64,000 nt of DNA from Octopus sinensis (GCF_006345805.1 NC_043022.1:23002001-23066000), one strand, 5' to 3'; shown: positions 15,436 through 41,126, counted from the first letter of the stretch. The notes: a model not told the origin generated them from the sequence alone. A program made the numbers and translations.

Positions 15436-16046
15436 TGCATACATATACACAAAAACTCATACATACACACATACATATAAATGCATGCACTCAAATACAC
15501 ATATACTTACATATTTACACAGACACACACACACTTGCACACACATAAAAATCACACAGAAATACACACACATATACATTTACATGTAAAGATACTCTTA
15601 GATACACATACATATACTCACACATGCATACACATTCACATATTTACCTATACATAAACATATACACATGTATGTGCTTATTTGTACATACACACATGGG
15701 CGCAGGCATAGCTGTGTTGTAAAAAGTTTGCTTCCGAACCACACAGTTCAGGGTTCAGTTCCACTGTGTGGCACCTTGGGCAAGTGTCTTCTTTGGTTGG
15801 CCCAAGGTCAACCAAAGCCTTGTGAGTGGATTTGGTAGATGAGAACTGAAAAGAGTCCGTTGTATATATATATACATACATACATACATATATATACATA
15901 CATATATATTCATACATACATACATACATACATATATATACATACATACATATACATACATACATATACATACATACATATATATACATACATACATATA
16001 TATACATACATACATACATATACATACATACATATACCTACCTACA

Positions 16047-16082
<36 letters not shown>

Positions 16083-17004
16083 TATAGCGAGAAGTTGAGG
16101 ATATAAGAGATAATGGTGTCATTGAGTGATGACACCTATGCATACACATACACTGTAACAGTTAAATTTTCACACTATATACATACACATGCATACTACT
16201 ACAACCATAGATAAATACACACATGCACACACAGACATACACTACTCCATGCATGTTCACATACATATACACAAAAATGAAATATGACGGTTGAAGAATA
16301 TGAGTGGCTTTGTGGTAAGTAGCTTGCTTACCAACCACATGGTTCCAGGTTCGGTCCCATTGCATGGCACCTTGGGCAAGTGTCTTCTACTATAGCCTCG
16401 GGCCAACAAAAGCCTTGTGAGTGGATTTGGTAGACGGAAACTGTAAGAAACCCGTCGTATATATGCATATATATGTGTGTGTGTATGTGTGTGTGTCTTT
16501 TTGTCGCCCCAATATCGCTTGACAACCGATGCTGGTGTGTTTACGTCCCCGTAACTTAGCGGTTCGGCAAAAGAGAACGCCAGAATAAGTATTAGGCTTA
16601 CGAAGAATACGTCCTCGGGTCGATTTGCTCGACTAAAGGCGGTGCTCCAGCATGAAGGAAAAGAGTATAGCATTTCTTCATTTACAACGCCAACAACAGC
16701 AACAATAAAAAAACAACCCCGGTAACAACAACAACAGCAGCGAAAACAACAATAACAACTCTAACAACAACAACAAACGTAAGAACAACACCACCGAAAT
16801 GACTCCACACGGCGATCTTTAACACACGTACCATGAATTTAAACTTTTTTCTCTCCAGTCACAAAATCAGATATCAACCGGTTCTAGGAACATTCGCTGT
16901 AAACATTTTTGCCGTAAGAAACTTTGCCGTAGAGGAAACTTTGTCGCAAGATAATTTTGTTGTATGGGTAATTTCGAAGACATGGCGGGTAAAATAATAA
17001 TAGT

Positions 17005-17618
17005 AATAATGAAATTATTGTATACAGTGCTCAGGTGCACCACAACTTGTCAAAAAGTGCGTATAAAGCATATGCAGTGATGTACAAATGTCTGGAAAGC
17101 GAACAGTGTACGAGTCAGATACATGCTTGTGTGTGTATGGAGGGGAAAAATCAGGTGTAGTGTTGGCGAATCTCAAGAAGCATGGAAGTTTTGAAGGATG
17201 CAGTGCTCCGACAACTAACAACTGATGCCGGCAATTTGTGCCATGCTTCAGCAACTCTTAGCGGGAAAAAAATGTTTCCGAAAGTCATGGGAGCTGTGCT
17301 GTTTTCTGACTCTGTAAACATGTCCACGGGTGTTAGACAGGGGGAGTTTGAAAAGGAGCTGAGAGTTATTGTTTGTAAGATGGTTAATAGTTTTATGGGT
17401 GTCTGCCAAGTCAGCTGCCAGACGTCGGAGTTTCAATGTGTCCATGCCCAGGGAAGTAAGGTGTTCAGAATATGGCAAATGCCTGATGGAGGGTATTCTC
17501 TTGGTTGCACGTCGCTGAACGGCTTCAAGACGATTAATATCCTAGGCAAGATAGGGGTTCCAGACTGGTGATGCAAATTCCATGTGAGGTTGTACCATAG
17601 CTATATAAAGCCGCTGAT
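17005..17618 (-). mobile_element. CR1/L2-group LINE 3' fragment (RT C-terminus and 3' tail)
   Basis: Minus strand reads LYIAMVQPHMEFASPVWNPY...VQRRATKRIP...TLKLRRL.ADL...NTRGH and ends in an (ATT)n tail; second copy at ~44278-44660. Confidence 0.85.
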
Positions 17619-17689
17619 AGTCGTTGTAGGATCGACTAGTCACGACTAGCTAGCGCGGATGCGCGAGTACGCGCACCGGGATCACTCTT

Positions 17690-18700
17690 CTTAAATAGTA
17701 CCCGAATTCTTTAGAGATTTCAAATCCATCTGTTACTGTCTTGGGCTCTTCATTCATTTTCTTCATTGCGCTTGTGTATTCACGAATTAGTCCATTACCT
17801 TCATAAGTAGATGGGACAACAGCAACACTTGTTTCTAGGTTCCCTCCTATTTCATTTTCTTTGTATAATTCTGTTGTGTTCTCAGCATCATGTTCAGGAA
17901 ATAATCTCCTATATGTTTGTTTAGCATACTTCGTTAAATGTTGTTTCGTTAAAAAATAGAAAAGGTCCAGAAATCGACTCACCTTTAAATTTCCTTTGGT
18001 TATGTAAATACCTCAAGAGAGTCAAGGTTTCGATATTTCTTCTCTTATTATATCTATGCATAAGTCGTTCCCGAATATTTAGAGCCAAAGGGTTGCCGAC
18101 GATATTAAGTTTATTCAATAAAAATTCTATACTATATTCCGCTTTCAGTAAACCCGTATCATCAGCGCAAATAGCCTTCAAAATAATTTCTACTGAATGC
18201 AGAATTTCATATAGTAAATTGAGAGATTTCCATTCTTCGTCAGCGACGGCATCTGTGGAAAGTTCTGCTCGTAGAGCATTTGGAATGCAGCTTTTCAATT
18301 TAAAAAATCTCTCAATCATATGGAATGTGCTATTCCACCGAGTTCTGCAATCCAGTATAAGTTTATATTCTCTGTTATCAAAGTTCACTTGTATAAAATC
18401 TTGCAAAATTTCGTTTTTTGTAGGAGATTTAAGGAAAAGTTTTGAAATTTTTCTTACCTTATTTTAAAACTTTGTTAAATTCAGGTTTTAGCTGGGGAAA
18501 ACAAGCATTTTCGTGAGCCAAATCTGTTTGACAAAGTATGTCTTGTTGGCTTATGTCAGCTTCATCATCACTATCGTATGTTATGACGATCACTATCGTC
18601 TGTTATAGCGATCACTATCGTCTGTTATCGCAATCTCTTCACTTTTTTTATCAATACTTCCTTGAAATGAATCCGGAACTGGTTATTACATATGCTCAAC
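17690..18700 (-). pseudogene. Frameshifted hAT-superfamily transposase fragment
   Basis: KVRKISKLFLKSPTKNEILQ...LILDCRTRWNSTFHMIERF (hAT D..TRWNST motif); ORFs 17921..18406 and 17650..17982 are in different frames. Confidence 0.85.
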
Positions 18701-20085
18701 GGGAAAGATCACCTGACTGAAGACTAACAGCATCCCCTTGACTTGCTATGAATAAACTCAGTTACCTGCAAATTCAAAGAGTCAGCCAAAGGTTAGCAAA
18801 GGAGATGACAAGGTGCTGATCTAAGGTTCAAGGGGAAAGAAGGTGAGAATTGATATGTTGCGATATGTTTCAATGAAACGGACAGCACTCTCAACTAAAG
18901 GCGACCGACAACAGTTCAGTTAGTTTAGTTTCAACGATATTTCTTGAAAAGAAAAAATGGAGAAATGTTTTGCGAAAAAAAAAAAAAAAAAAGAAACAGC
19001 GGATCTTTTCACCGGCACATTTAAAAAATAGTTATTTGCAACTAAACACTTTTAAACTTCGTATACTGGTAGAATGTGTTACATAAAACGTCTTTCATTG
19101 AAAAGATCCGAAACAGCAAGCCTTAAAATCGTTTTTGGCAAATTGGTTTCGGTTTTACTGATCATTAAATAAAACCAGTGCCAATACATGAAATTCAGCT
19201 TTTGACTTACTCTAACTTCTGCCGATGATATATATATACATACATATACGTGTAATAAAAATCTCACGCAATCGAACCAATGAAAGAGCCTCTACCTGGT
19301 CACTCGACACGCTAAAAATAGCAGCCAAAGTATCCTCCTACCTAAATTATACGGCCATTGTATGTAATGTCCTAGATTATCCCTAAAAAGACGGTTTGCT
19401 AAAAGCTGGAATGTCTTTGATAATAGATGATTAAAAAAATCCTTTAATATTTTTAGAAGTAGATATTTTTAAGAATTGTATAAAACAATTGTTAAAATAT
19501 CTTATGTATGTATCTTTTATCCTTTATTTGTTTCAGTCATTAAACTGTGGCCATGCTGGGGCATCACCTTGAAGAATTTTAGTCAAACAAATCGACCCCA
19601 GTACTTTTATAATTTTAAGTCTGGTATTTATTCTATCATTCTCTTTTGCTGAACCTCTAGGTTACCTCTAAGTCTTAAACAAACCAACACCAGTTGTCAA
19701 ACAGTGGGGTGGGACAAACACAGAAACTCACATAGATACATATATATTCCTACTTTTTTCTCTCCTCTTTTTCTGTGTCCCTTTCTGTAGAAGAGCGTAG
19801 GCTCGAAACGTAAAAGACTTTTTCTATTCCTTAGCGTTATACTAATACATCTGTTTGTTTTGTACACCAACTGTCTTCGTCTTTTGTTTTTTTTCGTAAA
19901 CTCTCCCTATGTATATATATATATACACACTGGGTTTCTTTTCAGTTTCCATTTGTTAAATCCACTCACAAGGCTTCGGTTGGTTTGAGGCTATAATAGA
20001 AGACACTTGTTCAATGTGCCATGCAGTAGGCCTCAACCATGTGGTTGAGAAGTAAACTTCTTACCACACAACTATGCCTGCACCT

Positions 20086-20318
20086 ATTCTCAACCATTTT
20101 TTAATTTATGGACCCATTTGATTCCTATTTTTACTCAGATGGACCCTTCTAGCCATTCAGTGCTTAAAAAACCCTGTTATATTTTTATAATGAAAAAAAA
20201 GTTTATTAATTTTTTGTGTATTGTAAAAGTTTATGCAATTTATTGCACATAAATTTTAACAACAAAATCTTATCTGGACCCCCAAGGGTCACATGGACGC
20301 TGGTTGAGAGCCACAGTA
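20086..20318. mobile_element. hAT/Charlie-like MITE relic
   Basis: Ends ttctcaacca ... tggttgagagccac, resembling cagtggttctcaacc TIRs. Confidence 0.45.
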
Positions 20319-23300
20319 CTAGACAGCACCTCATGTTTGTTCCTTCTTGAGCCATGCCTGGCTCATAAGGGCCGGTTTCCTTGGCATATAAGTTTCCCAG
20401 CTGGACGGGACACTGATCCGTCGCAGGTGAGCTGCAAGATGCAGGAGGAAAGAGTGAGAGAAAGTTGAGGTGAAAGAGTCAGCAGAAGTTTGCCATTACT
20501 TTCTGGCGGAGCCGCATGGAGCTTAGGTGTTTCCGCTCATAAACACACACATCGCCTGGTCTGAGATTCGAACCCACGATCCCTCGACCGCGAGTTCGCT
20601 GCTCTAACCACTAGGTTATGTGCCTCCACAGACATCACCACATGTCCCATAGTCACTCACCAACCACCCCAATTTTACCCAGTCTCATTTCTCTACCAAC
20701 ACACACACACACACACACATTAACCAACCAACCTCCTACCTGAGTACACGTGCCAACCTTGGTTCACCCCTACCCTATATACCCTATAGAACAATGAATC
20801 CATGTCAACAGCATCACAAGTGACTCATTAACCAGGAGATTCTATTAATTACTTAATTGTTTAATCCATACTCTGTGTGTGTGTGTGTGTGTGGTCATGT
20901 GATATATATACAGACAATTATAGATTAACTTGCAGTAATCTAATCTGCATATAATCCCTTCCTCGTTCAGCATATCCCTCTTTCTATTACAAGCAATCTG
21001 AGTAAATGAGGTGTACGTAAATTATTTTCTATCCTTTACTTGTTTCAGTCATTAGGCTGTGGCCATGCTGGGGTACTGCCTTGAAGAATTTTTCATTGAA
21101 TGAATCAACGTTAGTACTTATTTTCTGTTTTTAAGCCTGGTACTTATTCTGTAGGTCCTTTTCTGCAGAACTGCTAAGTTACAGGAATGTAAGCACCCCA
21201 ACACCAGTTGTCAAATGGTGGTGGACAAGCACAAAGACAAACAGACAGACATATCATCATCATCATCATCACCGTTTAACGTCCGTTTTCCGCGCTAGCA
21301 CGGGTTGGACGGTTTGACCAGGGTCTGGGAAGCCAGGGGCTGCTCCAGGCTCCAGTCTGATCTGGCAGTGTTTCTACGGCTGGATATATATATATATATA
21401 TATATAAAGTTAATCCAAACAAGAAAACAAAAAGACAACAACGCAAGGACGTGGAACAAATAAAGTATTATTGGACGCTCAGGAAAGAAGGGAAGAAGGA
21501 GGGTTTGACGTTTCGAGCGGAGCTCTTCATCGGAAACATAGAAGGACAGATCCCGAGAAGGGAAGACAGAGGAAAAAAATCGCTAGTGTTACAGACGAGG
21601 TCACATACTATATATATATATATATATACACACGTGTGTGGAGGTGCAATGGCCTAGTGGTTAGGGCAGTGGTCTCGCGGTTTCAATTCCCAGACTGGGC
21701 GTTGTGAGTGTTTATTGGGTGAAAACACCTAAAGCTCCATGAGGCTCTGCAGGGGGTGGTAGCGACCCCTGCTGTACTCTTTCACCGCAACTTTCTCTCA
21801 CTCTTTCTTCTGTTGGCCTGCTCGCTTAGCCAGCGGGGTGGCGTCATTTGAATGCTAAAACAATGCAAAGCGCATTGTGACCAGCGATGTGTAGCAATAT
21901 CTGATAGCCTGGTCGGTCACGGTGATCACTTTTAACTTTTCACCTTTAACTTTTCATGTTACATTTAGCCTTTTAGTATTTAAATTGACCCAAATATTTT
22001 ACTTCTTTTATGTACAAAATGGCCAGATCTTGCTCCTCACACCTACCCTACAATGTCATTCTAAAAATAAGCAACCACAACATTGAAATCATAAAGCTAT
22101 GAAATAATGCATAATTAATTTGAAACAATGTGAATAACTAAACATTACATTTGACAGGATAATCTGAACACTAAGGTAGCTAGCTGGCAGAAACAGCATG
22201 CCGGGCGAAATGCTTTGCGGTATTTCATCTGCTGCTACGTACTGAGTTCAAATTCTGCTGAGGTCGACTTTGCCTTTCATCCTTTCGGGGTCCATAAATT
22301 AAGTACCAGTTATGCACTGGGGATCGATGTAATCAACTCAATCCCTTTGTCTATCCTTGTTTGTCTCTATGTTTAGCCTCTTGTGGGCAATAAAGAAATG
22401 AGAAACATTAGCATGCCGGGTGAAATGCTTAGCAGTATTTCATCTGTCTTTATGTGCTGAGTTCAAATTCTGCCAAGATCAACTTCTTTTCATCCGTTTG
22501 GGGTCAATAAATTGAGTACTAGTTGCGTACTGGGGTTGATCTAATCGACTGACCCCCCCCCCCAAAATTTTCAGGCCTTGTGCCTGGAGTAGAAAAGAAT
22601 AATCTGAATGCTAAATGGTTAAAGGAAAGTGAAGTACTGCCTTCTAGTAAATTTATTAAAAGGTGGGTTGAAGTTACAAATATGACACTAGTGAATGGAA
22701 CTTTTTCTTAATATGTACCTGAAGCATAAGCTTGGTTGTGTGGTATTCAGTCTGCTGCTACGTTCTGAGTTCAAATTACGCTGAGGTCAACTTTGCCTTT
22801 CATTCTTTTGGGTCGATTAAATAAGTACCAGTTATGCACTGGGGTTGATGTAACCAACTTAATCCCTTCCTCCAAATTTGAGGCCTTGTGCTTCCAGTAG
22901 AAATATTATCAATATTATTATTATTATTATTATTAATATTATCATTGTTGTTGTTGTTGTTATACTGCTTTCTGATTTGAGATTCCACCGAATATTGATT
23001 ATGTACTGGGGTCATTTAAACTGACTATGTGCTTTCCTTCTTCTTCTAGCGATTGGGGTTTTGGTGCATGTTTAAAAAAAAGGACCTCGTCCTGATGTGA
23101 ACATTTTATGAATATTTAAGTTTCTTGCAGCAACCTGATACTCCAGGATTAATAATAACTCCATTTCCATTAGGGTGAACCACACACATATACATCAAAT
23201 AGTATAACTAGTGAGATCAATAGATAATTTAGTAACCAGATACTTGAGGGCTGATGATGACTCCATTTACATTATGATGTTCCATACATAGAATAAAACA

Positions 23301-23486
23301 TGTTATAACTGGCCTGGTCAATAGATATTTTAGTAACCAGGTACTCGAGGGCTGATGATCACTCCATTTACATTATGGTATTCCATACATTGAATAAAAT
23401 GTTTTAAGAACTGGCCAAGTCAATAGATAATTTAGCAACCACATGCGTTTGTGTTTGTTCTCGCACTGCTTGACAACTGGTTTATC

Positions 23487-24130
23487 ACCCTCTCTGTTCT
23501 CTTGATTTGGTCCCATCTGACTATCATTTGTTCCCCAACATGAAAAAAACCCCCATTTAGCTAGGAGTCAGTATCATAGTGATGATGACGTCATATCTGC
23601 TGTTGATGACATTTTTGACCAACAGGATAAAAGCTTCTTTACCAATGGGATCCAAGCACTGAAATAGCAGTCGAGTGAGAATTCGCCATTGTATTTAGTA
23701 GTGCCATTGAGAATTCATAGAAGTTGCGTGGGAATATGGATTTCACAAGCTGTCCCCAACAATCCCGCATGTAGAGGCATCCTGTTTGCTGCAGACGCAG
23801 GGACAGAACAACCGAGGAGCCGCCGGTTGCCGAAACAGACACTCCGAGGATTTTCACCAGAGCCCCATCTGCCGGGTTGTGGCCCTAATACAACTCGGTG
23901 TCAGACCAATCCGCCTTGGGTGACCCTACCAGGAACCGAAGTTCCCGACGGCATAGCTCTGACACTACCCGTTGCCAGCATCCCCGCCACGGTGAGGAGG
24001 GGATGGACTTTGGGGATGAAGTGTGTGGACTGCAAGGGGTGAGGGACTATGTTGAAAAATAAACTTCATCTGGTCACATTCCATGAGAGTGTCTTGATCC
24101 ATTTATAAACTTTTCAGTTGACTCTTGTAT
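23487..24130 (+). mobile_element. Mariner transposase 3' relic interrupted by an RTE 5' fragment
   Basis: Translates as DLVPSDYHLFPNMKK...SDDDVISAVDD.FDQQDKSFFTNGIQAL, then after the insert KCVDCKG..DYVEK*, then a TIR-like end. Confidence 0.8.
23662..24012 (-). mobile_element. RTE-clade LINE 5' end fragment
   Basis: Minus strand contains agagctatgccgtcgg...ctggtagggtcacccaaggcgga, typical of RTE/BovB-like 5' leaders; GC- and CpG-rich compared with its flanks. Confidence 0.65.
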
Positions 24131-24159
24131 TTTTCCATGTTTACATGGGTCAGACAGCT

Positions 24160-24455
24160 TACTTACTTGTACTTGTGGCGACATTCACCTTGGGCGGGTT
24201 GAGTCGGCTTCTTCTCCCACCCTCAAGGCATCTCGAACCATGGCAGCCCACGCACGACGGTCCTGCGCCAGTTTACTGGAGATAGCGAGCCAGTCACGGT
24301 TCCATCGGTGCAGGCCAACCACCTGTGGACCCGTGAGTAAAGAGAGGTTCTCCTTGATTGTTGTAACCCAGGTCTTCAGCTGCTCGCCCGCGCGTTTCCG
24401 CCAGTTGGGAAGCGGAGTTGGGAGAAGGACATCACGGCTCAGTTCACCCACCAAC
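24160..24455 (-). mobile_element. RTE-clade LINE 3' fragment
   Basis: PLPNWRKRAGEQLKTW...LAQDRRAWAAMVRDA, ending in a (caagta)/(gtaa) repeat tail. Confidence 0.8.
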
Positions 24456-26583
24456 AGAATCTGTTGAGGCAGATTTTCCATGGCCAAATGCCCTTCCTGT
24501 TTCCAAGTAAGGTAATATTTCCTCATGACCGGTTATGTTTTCATGGAAGACCAGAAATGAAGGATCTCCACCTGCATAACAGTGGCACTAATTTACAACT
24601 ATCACATAATGTCAAGGCAATAAGACATGAACACACACAAACATACACATGTATAAACGACAGGATTCTTACAGTTTCCATCTGCTAAATCCACAAGATT
24701 TTGGTCAGGCCTGGAGTTATAGTAAAAGACATTTGCTCATTTTCTCACACTGCGGAGGGTTTTCCTGAACCCTTATGGTTCAGAACCAAACTTCTTACCA
24801 AATAAATGGAAAGCACATGGTTTAGTAGTAAGGGCATTCAGCTCGAGATCGTATGGTTGTGAGTTCAGTTCTCTGGTGGTGTGTTGTGTCCCTCAGCAAG
24901 ATGTTTTATTTACCGTTGCTCCAGTTTACTCAGCTGACAAAAATGTATCTGTATTTCAAAGGGCCAGCCTTGTCACATTCTGTGTCACCCTGAATCCCCC
25001 GGAGAACTTCTTCTTGTCTTGAGACAGCATTCACCCGGGGTGAGTTGAGCTGGCTTCATTCATCTTCAATACTGCATCTCTCACAAACGCCGACATGGCC
25101 TGGCGATTTGAGGCTAACGACCCCCAAGAACTGCATTAAGGGTACTCATGTTGGTGGATTGCTCAGTCATTTGTGGGCTAATTTCACAAGCAAGTTAAGG
25201 CGGCGAGCTGGCAGAAACGTTAGCACGCCGGGCGAAATACGTAGTCGTATTTCATCTACCGTTACGTTCTGAGTTCAAATTCCGCTGAGGTCGACTTTGC
25301 CTTTCATCTTTTCTGGGTCGATTAAATAAGTACCAGTTATGCACTGGAGTCGATGTAATCGACTTAATCCGTTTGTCTGTCCTTGTTTGTCCCCTCTGTG
25401 TTTAGCCCCTTGTGGGTAGTAAAGAAATAGGTATTTCGTCTATGTTTACGTTCTGAGTTCAAATTCCGCCGAGGTCGACTTTGCCTTTCATCCTTTCGGG
25501 GCTGATAAATTAAGTACCAGTTGTGTACTGGGGGCGTTCTAATCGACTGGCCTCCTCCCCCAAAATTTCGGGCCTTGTGCCTAGAGTAGAAAAGAATTTC
25601 ACAAGCAGGCTGTTCCGTTGATCGGATGAACTTTGAACACTCATCGTCGTCGTGGCTGACGGAGTGCCAGTTTATTACATGTAAACAGAGATAGCTGAAT
25701 AGAAAAAATATAAACAAAATTATAGTGAAATAAATAAACAAATGAACTGATAGATAACAAAAGATGTGTAACCTGTTTTAATTCCAGTGATTTATATATT
25801 TTATACACATAATCACCGTTGAGGTAAACATTCTGGATAGAGTTTGTTCTCGAAGGGGACACAACTCTTGCTAAGTAACTGCCTGAACAACCACAAGCAT
25901 ATGTTACCTATTGCTGTTGTGTATAACACTCATACACACATATGTATGTATGTGTGCGCACGCAGGCACACACATATATATGTTTCTTTATTACCCACAA
26001 GGGGCTAAACATAGAAGGGACAAACAAGGACAGACAAACGAATTAAGTCGATTACATCGACCCCAGTGCGTAACTGGTACTTAATTTATCGACTCCGAAA
26101 GGATGAAAGGCAAAGTCGACCTCGGCGGAATTTGAACTCAGAACGTAACGACAGACGAAATACGGCTACGCATTTCGCCCCGCGTGCTAACGGTTCTGCC
26201 AGCTCACCGCACACACACACACATATATATATGATTACATGTATGTATAAATTTTTGTACATATATGACGGCTGTCAAAATGTGAACCAAACTAAAGCTG
26301 GCAGATATTTACCCAGCAACTGCTGCCTTAGTTTTGTCTTATAATACGACACTGCAGTGTGGCAAACACTGAACATTCCCTCACTTTTCGCCATCAACAT
26401 TCAACAATTATTATATCATCATATTGTCATTTAAAGTCCGGTTTCGACGCTGGTATGGGTTGGACAGTGTGACTGAAAACTGGTAAGCTGGAGGGCTGTA
26501 CCAGGTTCCAATCTGATTTGGCATGGTATCTAAGGCTGGATGTCATTCCTAACGCTAACACACACACACACACATATTTACAA

Positions 26584-26622
<39 letters not shown>

Positions 26623-27580
26623 GATTGCTGGCATCTTACAAATTTTGAAACTTGAAATATTTCATTTTTAATGAGTAAACTCGAAGTAGATTAGGCTATA
26701 ACTAACAGCATGCAAACATTGGGTTAAAAAAAATGCAATGGATAAAAAAATTCAAAGCCAGTCTGAGTTTTTCTACTCAAAGGGATTTTAATCCAATGTA
26801 TGCATGCTAGCATTTATTGTACAAACTACTTCAATCATTAAATATGGAAAATATATATTAAAAAAATACATGTATATATTAGTCTAAGTGTACAGCATTA
26901 TATATCCATTATGGTCAATCTTACCACTCAGTTTTGCACTCAGAGTTCGATGTGATGTTAGGTAACAGGCCAATTATGCAACTCTTTGCTCTCCTGGGAT
27001 GGCAGTTATGGAATGAAATATGGCAACTGCTCTCTATTGCTGGAGGTGAAAAGACACATTTGATGCCATCTCTGAAGAGCAAAGTGTTACATAATCAAGC
27101 TGTTACTTAACACTCCATTGAATCTCTGCTGCAAAACCAATTAGTAATATTGGCTGTAATACTGTTTACATTGATTTATATATCCACTCTATTGACAAAT
27201 GTATGAATGCATATTTTTTCTGACTTATGAATTCTTAGTATATATATATATATATATATATATATCACTGTGACCGACCAGGCTATCAGATATTGCTACA
27301 CATCGCTGGTCACAATGCGCTACACATCTCTGGTCACAATGCGCTTCACATTGTTTTAGCCTTCAAATGACGCCACCCCGCTGGCTAAGTGAGTAGGCCA
27401 ACAGAAGAAAGAGTGAGAGAAAGTTGTGGTGAAAGAGTACAGCAGGGATCCGCCATCACCCCCTGCCGGAGCATCGTGGAACTTTAGGTGTTTTCGCTCA
27501 ATAAACACTCACAACGCTTGCTCTGGGAATCGAAACCACGGTCCTACAACTGCGAGTCCACTGTCCTAACCACTGGGCCT

Positions 27581-27647
<67 letters not shown>

Positions 27648-27941
27648 TATGCACACACAAACAAACACATTACATACAAATATATAAACACACACAACAC
27701 ACACCATAAAAGCGGTGAATATATTTATTTAACCACATATACTCATCTCTCATACTTCCTGATTTTTATGGTTTATATACTCATGAAATAATTTTACTGA
27801 TTGGACTCTTTGGATTTCAGTCACATGGACACTATATTACACATTTCTGCATTGGATTAACTTTGTGGATTGTTCGCCCAATCTGTAAGAAGAGCTTTCT
27901 GTGATAGCCACAAGATTCTCTGAATCCATATCTTATACAAG

Positions 27942-27980
<39 letters not shown>

Positions 27981-28023
27981 TATATACAATCAACTGTACA
28001 TACTGTGCTGCTTTTAAAGCATT

Positions 28024-28074
<51 letters not shown>

Positions 28075-28077
28075 ATT

Positions 28078-28445
28078 TAGAATTTTTTGCCTAATAAGAT
28101 AAAAAAAACCAATGCATTTATAGATAGGTCTTACAGCTGTTTCTAGGATATTTATTAGTTATATCCCTTCATCAGAGACGGTGTGAGAGGATAGTTATAT
28201 CATAGTTAGTTTATAACTACAACTTCAATACCCATACATATCTTGCATCTATTTTCTTTCCTCCACCTCACTCTACATTTTGTATCACATCTAAACTAAC
28301 TATGACATAACTATCCTCTCACACCGTCTCCGATGAAGGGATATAACTAATAAATATCCTAGAAACAGCTGTAAGACCTTCTATCTATAAATGCGCTAAT
28401 ATCTACACAACCTTGGTTTTTTATCTTATTACGCAAAAAATTCTT
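28078..28445. mobile_element. Palindromic Penelope-type element with a minimal hammerhead fold in each arm
   Basis: Arms 28078-28213 and 28292-28445 are reverse complements, flanked by (TA)n. Confidence 0.75.
28128..28179 (-). ncRNA. Minimal type I hammerhead ribozyme motif
   Basis: gtct-CTGATGA-ag-ggatat(9 nt)atatcc-ta-GAAA-cagctg-TA-agac: stem I, intact core, stem II, palindromic stem III, GUA site. Confidence 0.65.
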
Positions 28446-28481
28446 ATATACACACGCTGACATAGAACCAATGTTGTACCC

Positions 28482-28487
28482 TTTATT
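28482..28487 (-). terminator. Putative polyadenylation signal AATAAA of the hillarin-like gene
   Basis: tttatt on the + strand ~275 nt downstream of the stop codon; the first canonical hexamer I noticed after the stop. Confidence 0.45.
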
Positions 28488-28762
28488 CGCAATATTACCG
28501 AATCTGGAACTTAACTATGGTCTGTCTATAGCACTTATTCAGCATTAGCTGACACCTTTGGGTTTCAATGACACCATTATCTCCTATATATGTATATATA
28601 TGTATGTATGTATGTATAACTTGTTGCTTTGATTCACTTTGAAAGTTTCTGTCAAGCAAGGCACAAAATATGAAGAGAAAACACTTCACAATGTCCTATC
28701 AATGGATAGAATTAAGTAGGCATAGAATATAGATGTTCTTTATATACAAATATATTTGGCAA

Positions 28763-40915
<12,153 letters not shown>

Positions 40916-41126
40916 CTAATCAAAAACAACAAAAAGAAAACATTAAACACAGTTCTATATTTAAGAGATGAGGAATTATGTACATTATTTACATTTCAAG
41001 AATATTTGTCTTCATCTTGCTTGTTGTTAACACAACATTTCAGCTGATATACCCTCCAGCCTTCATCAGGTGTCTTGGTGAAATTTCGAACCTGGGTTCT
41101 CATTCCTAAGGTATTTTACGATGTTG

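Noticed and set aside
23250-23365. CTGATGA motifs in the 100-bp tandem repeat as hammerhead cores
   Set aside because: No stem II followed by GAAA and no closing stem I
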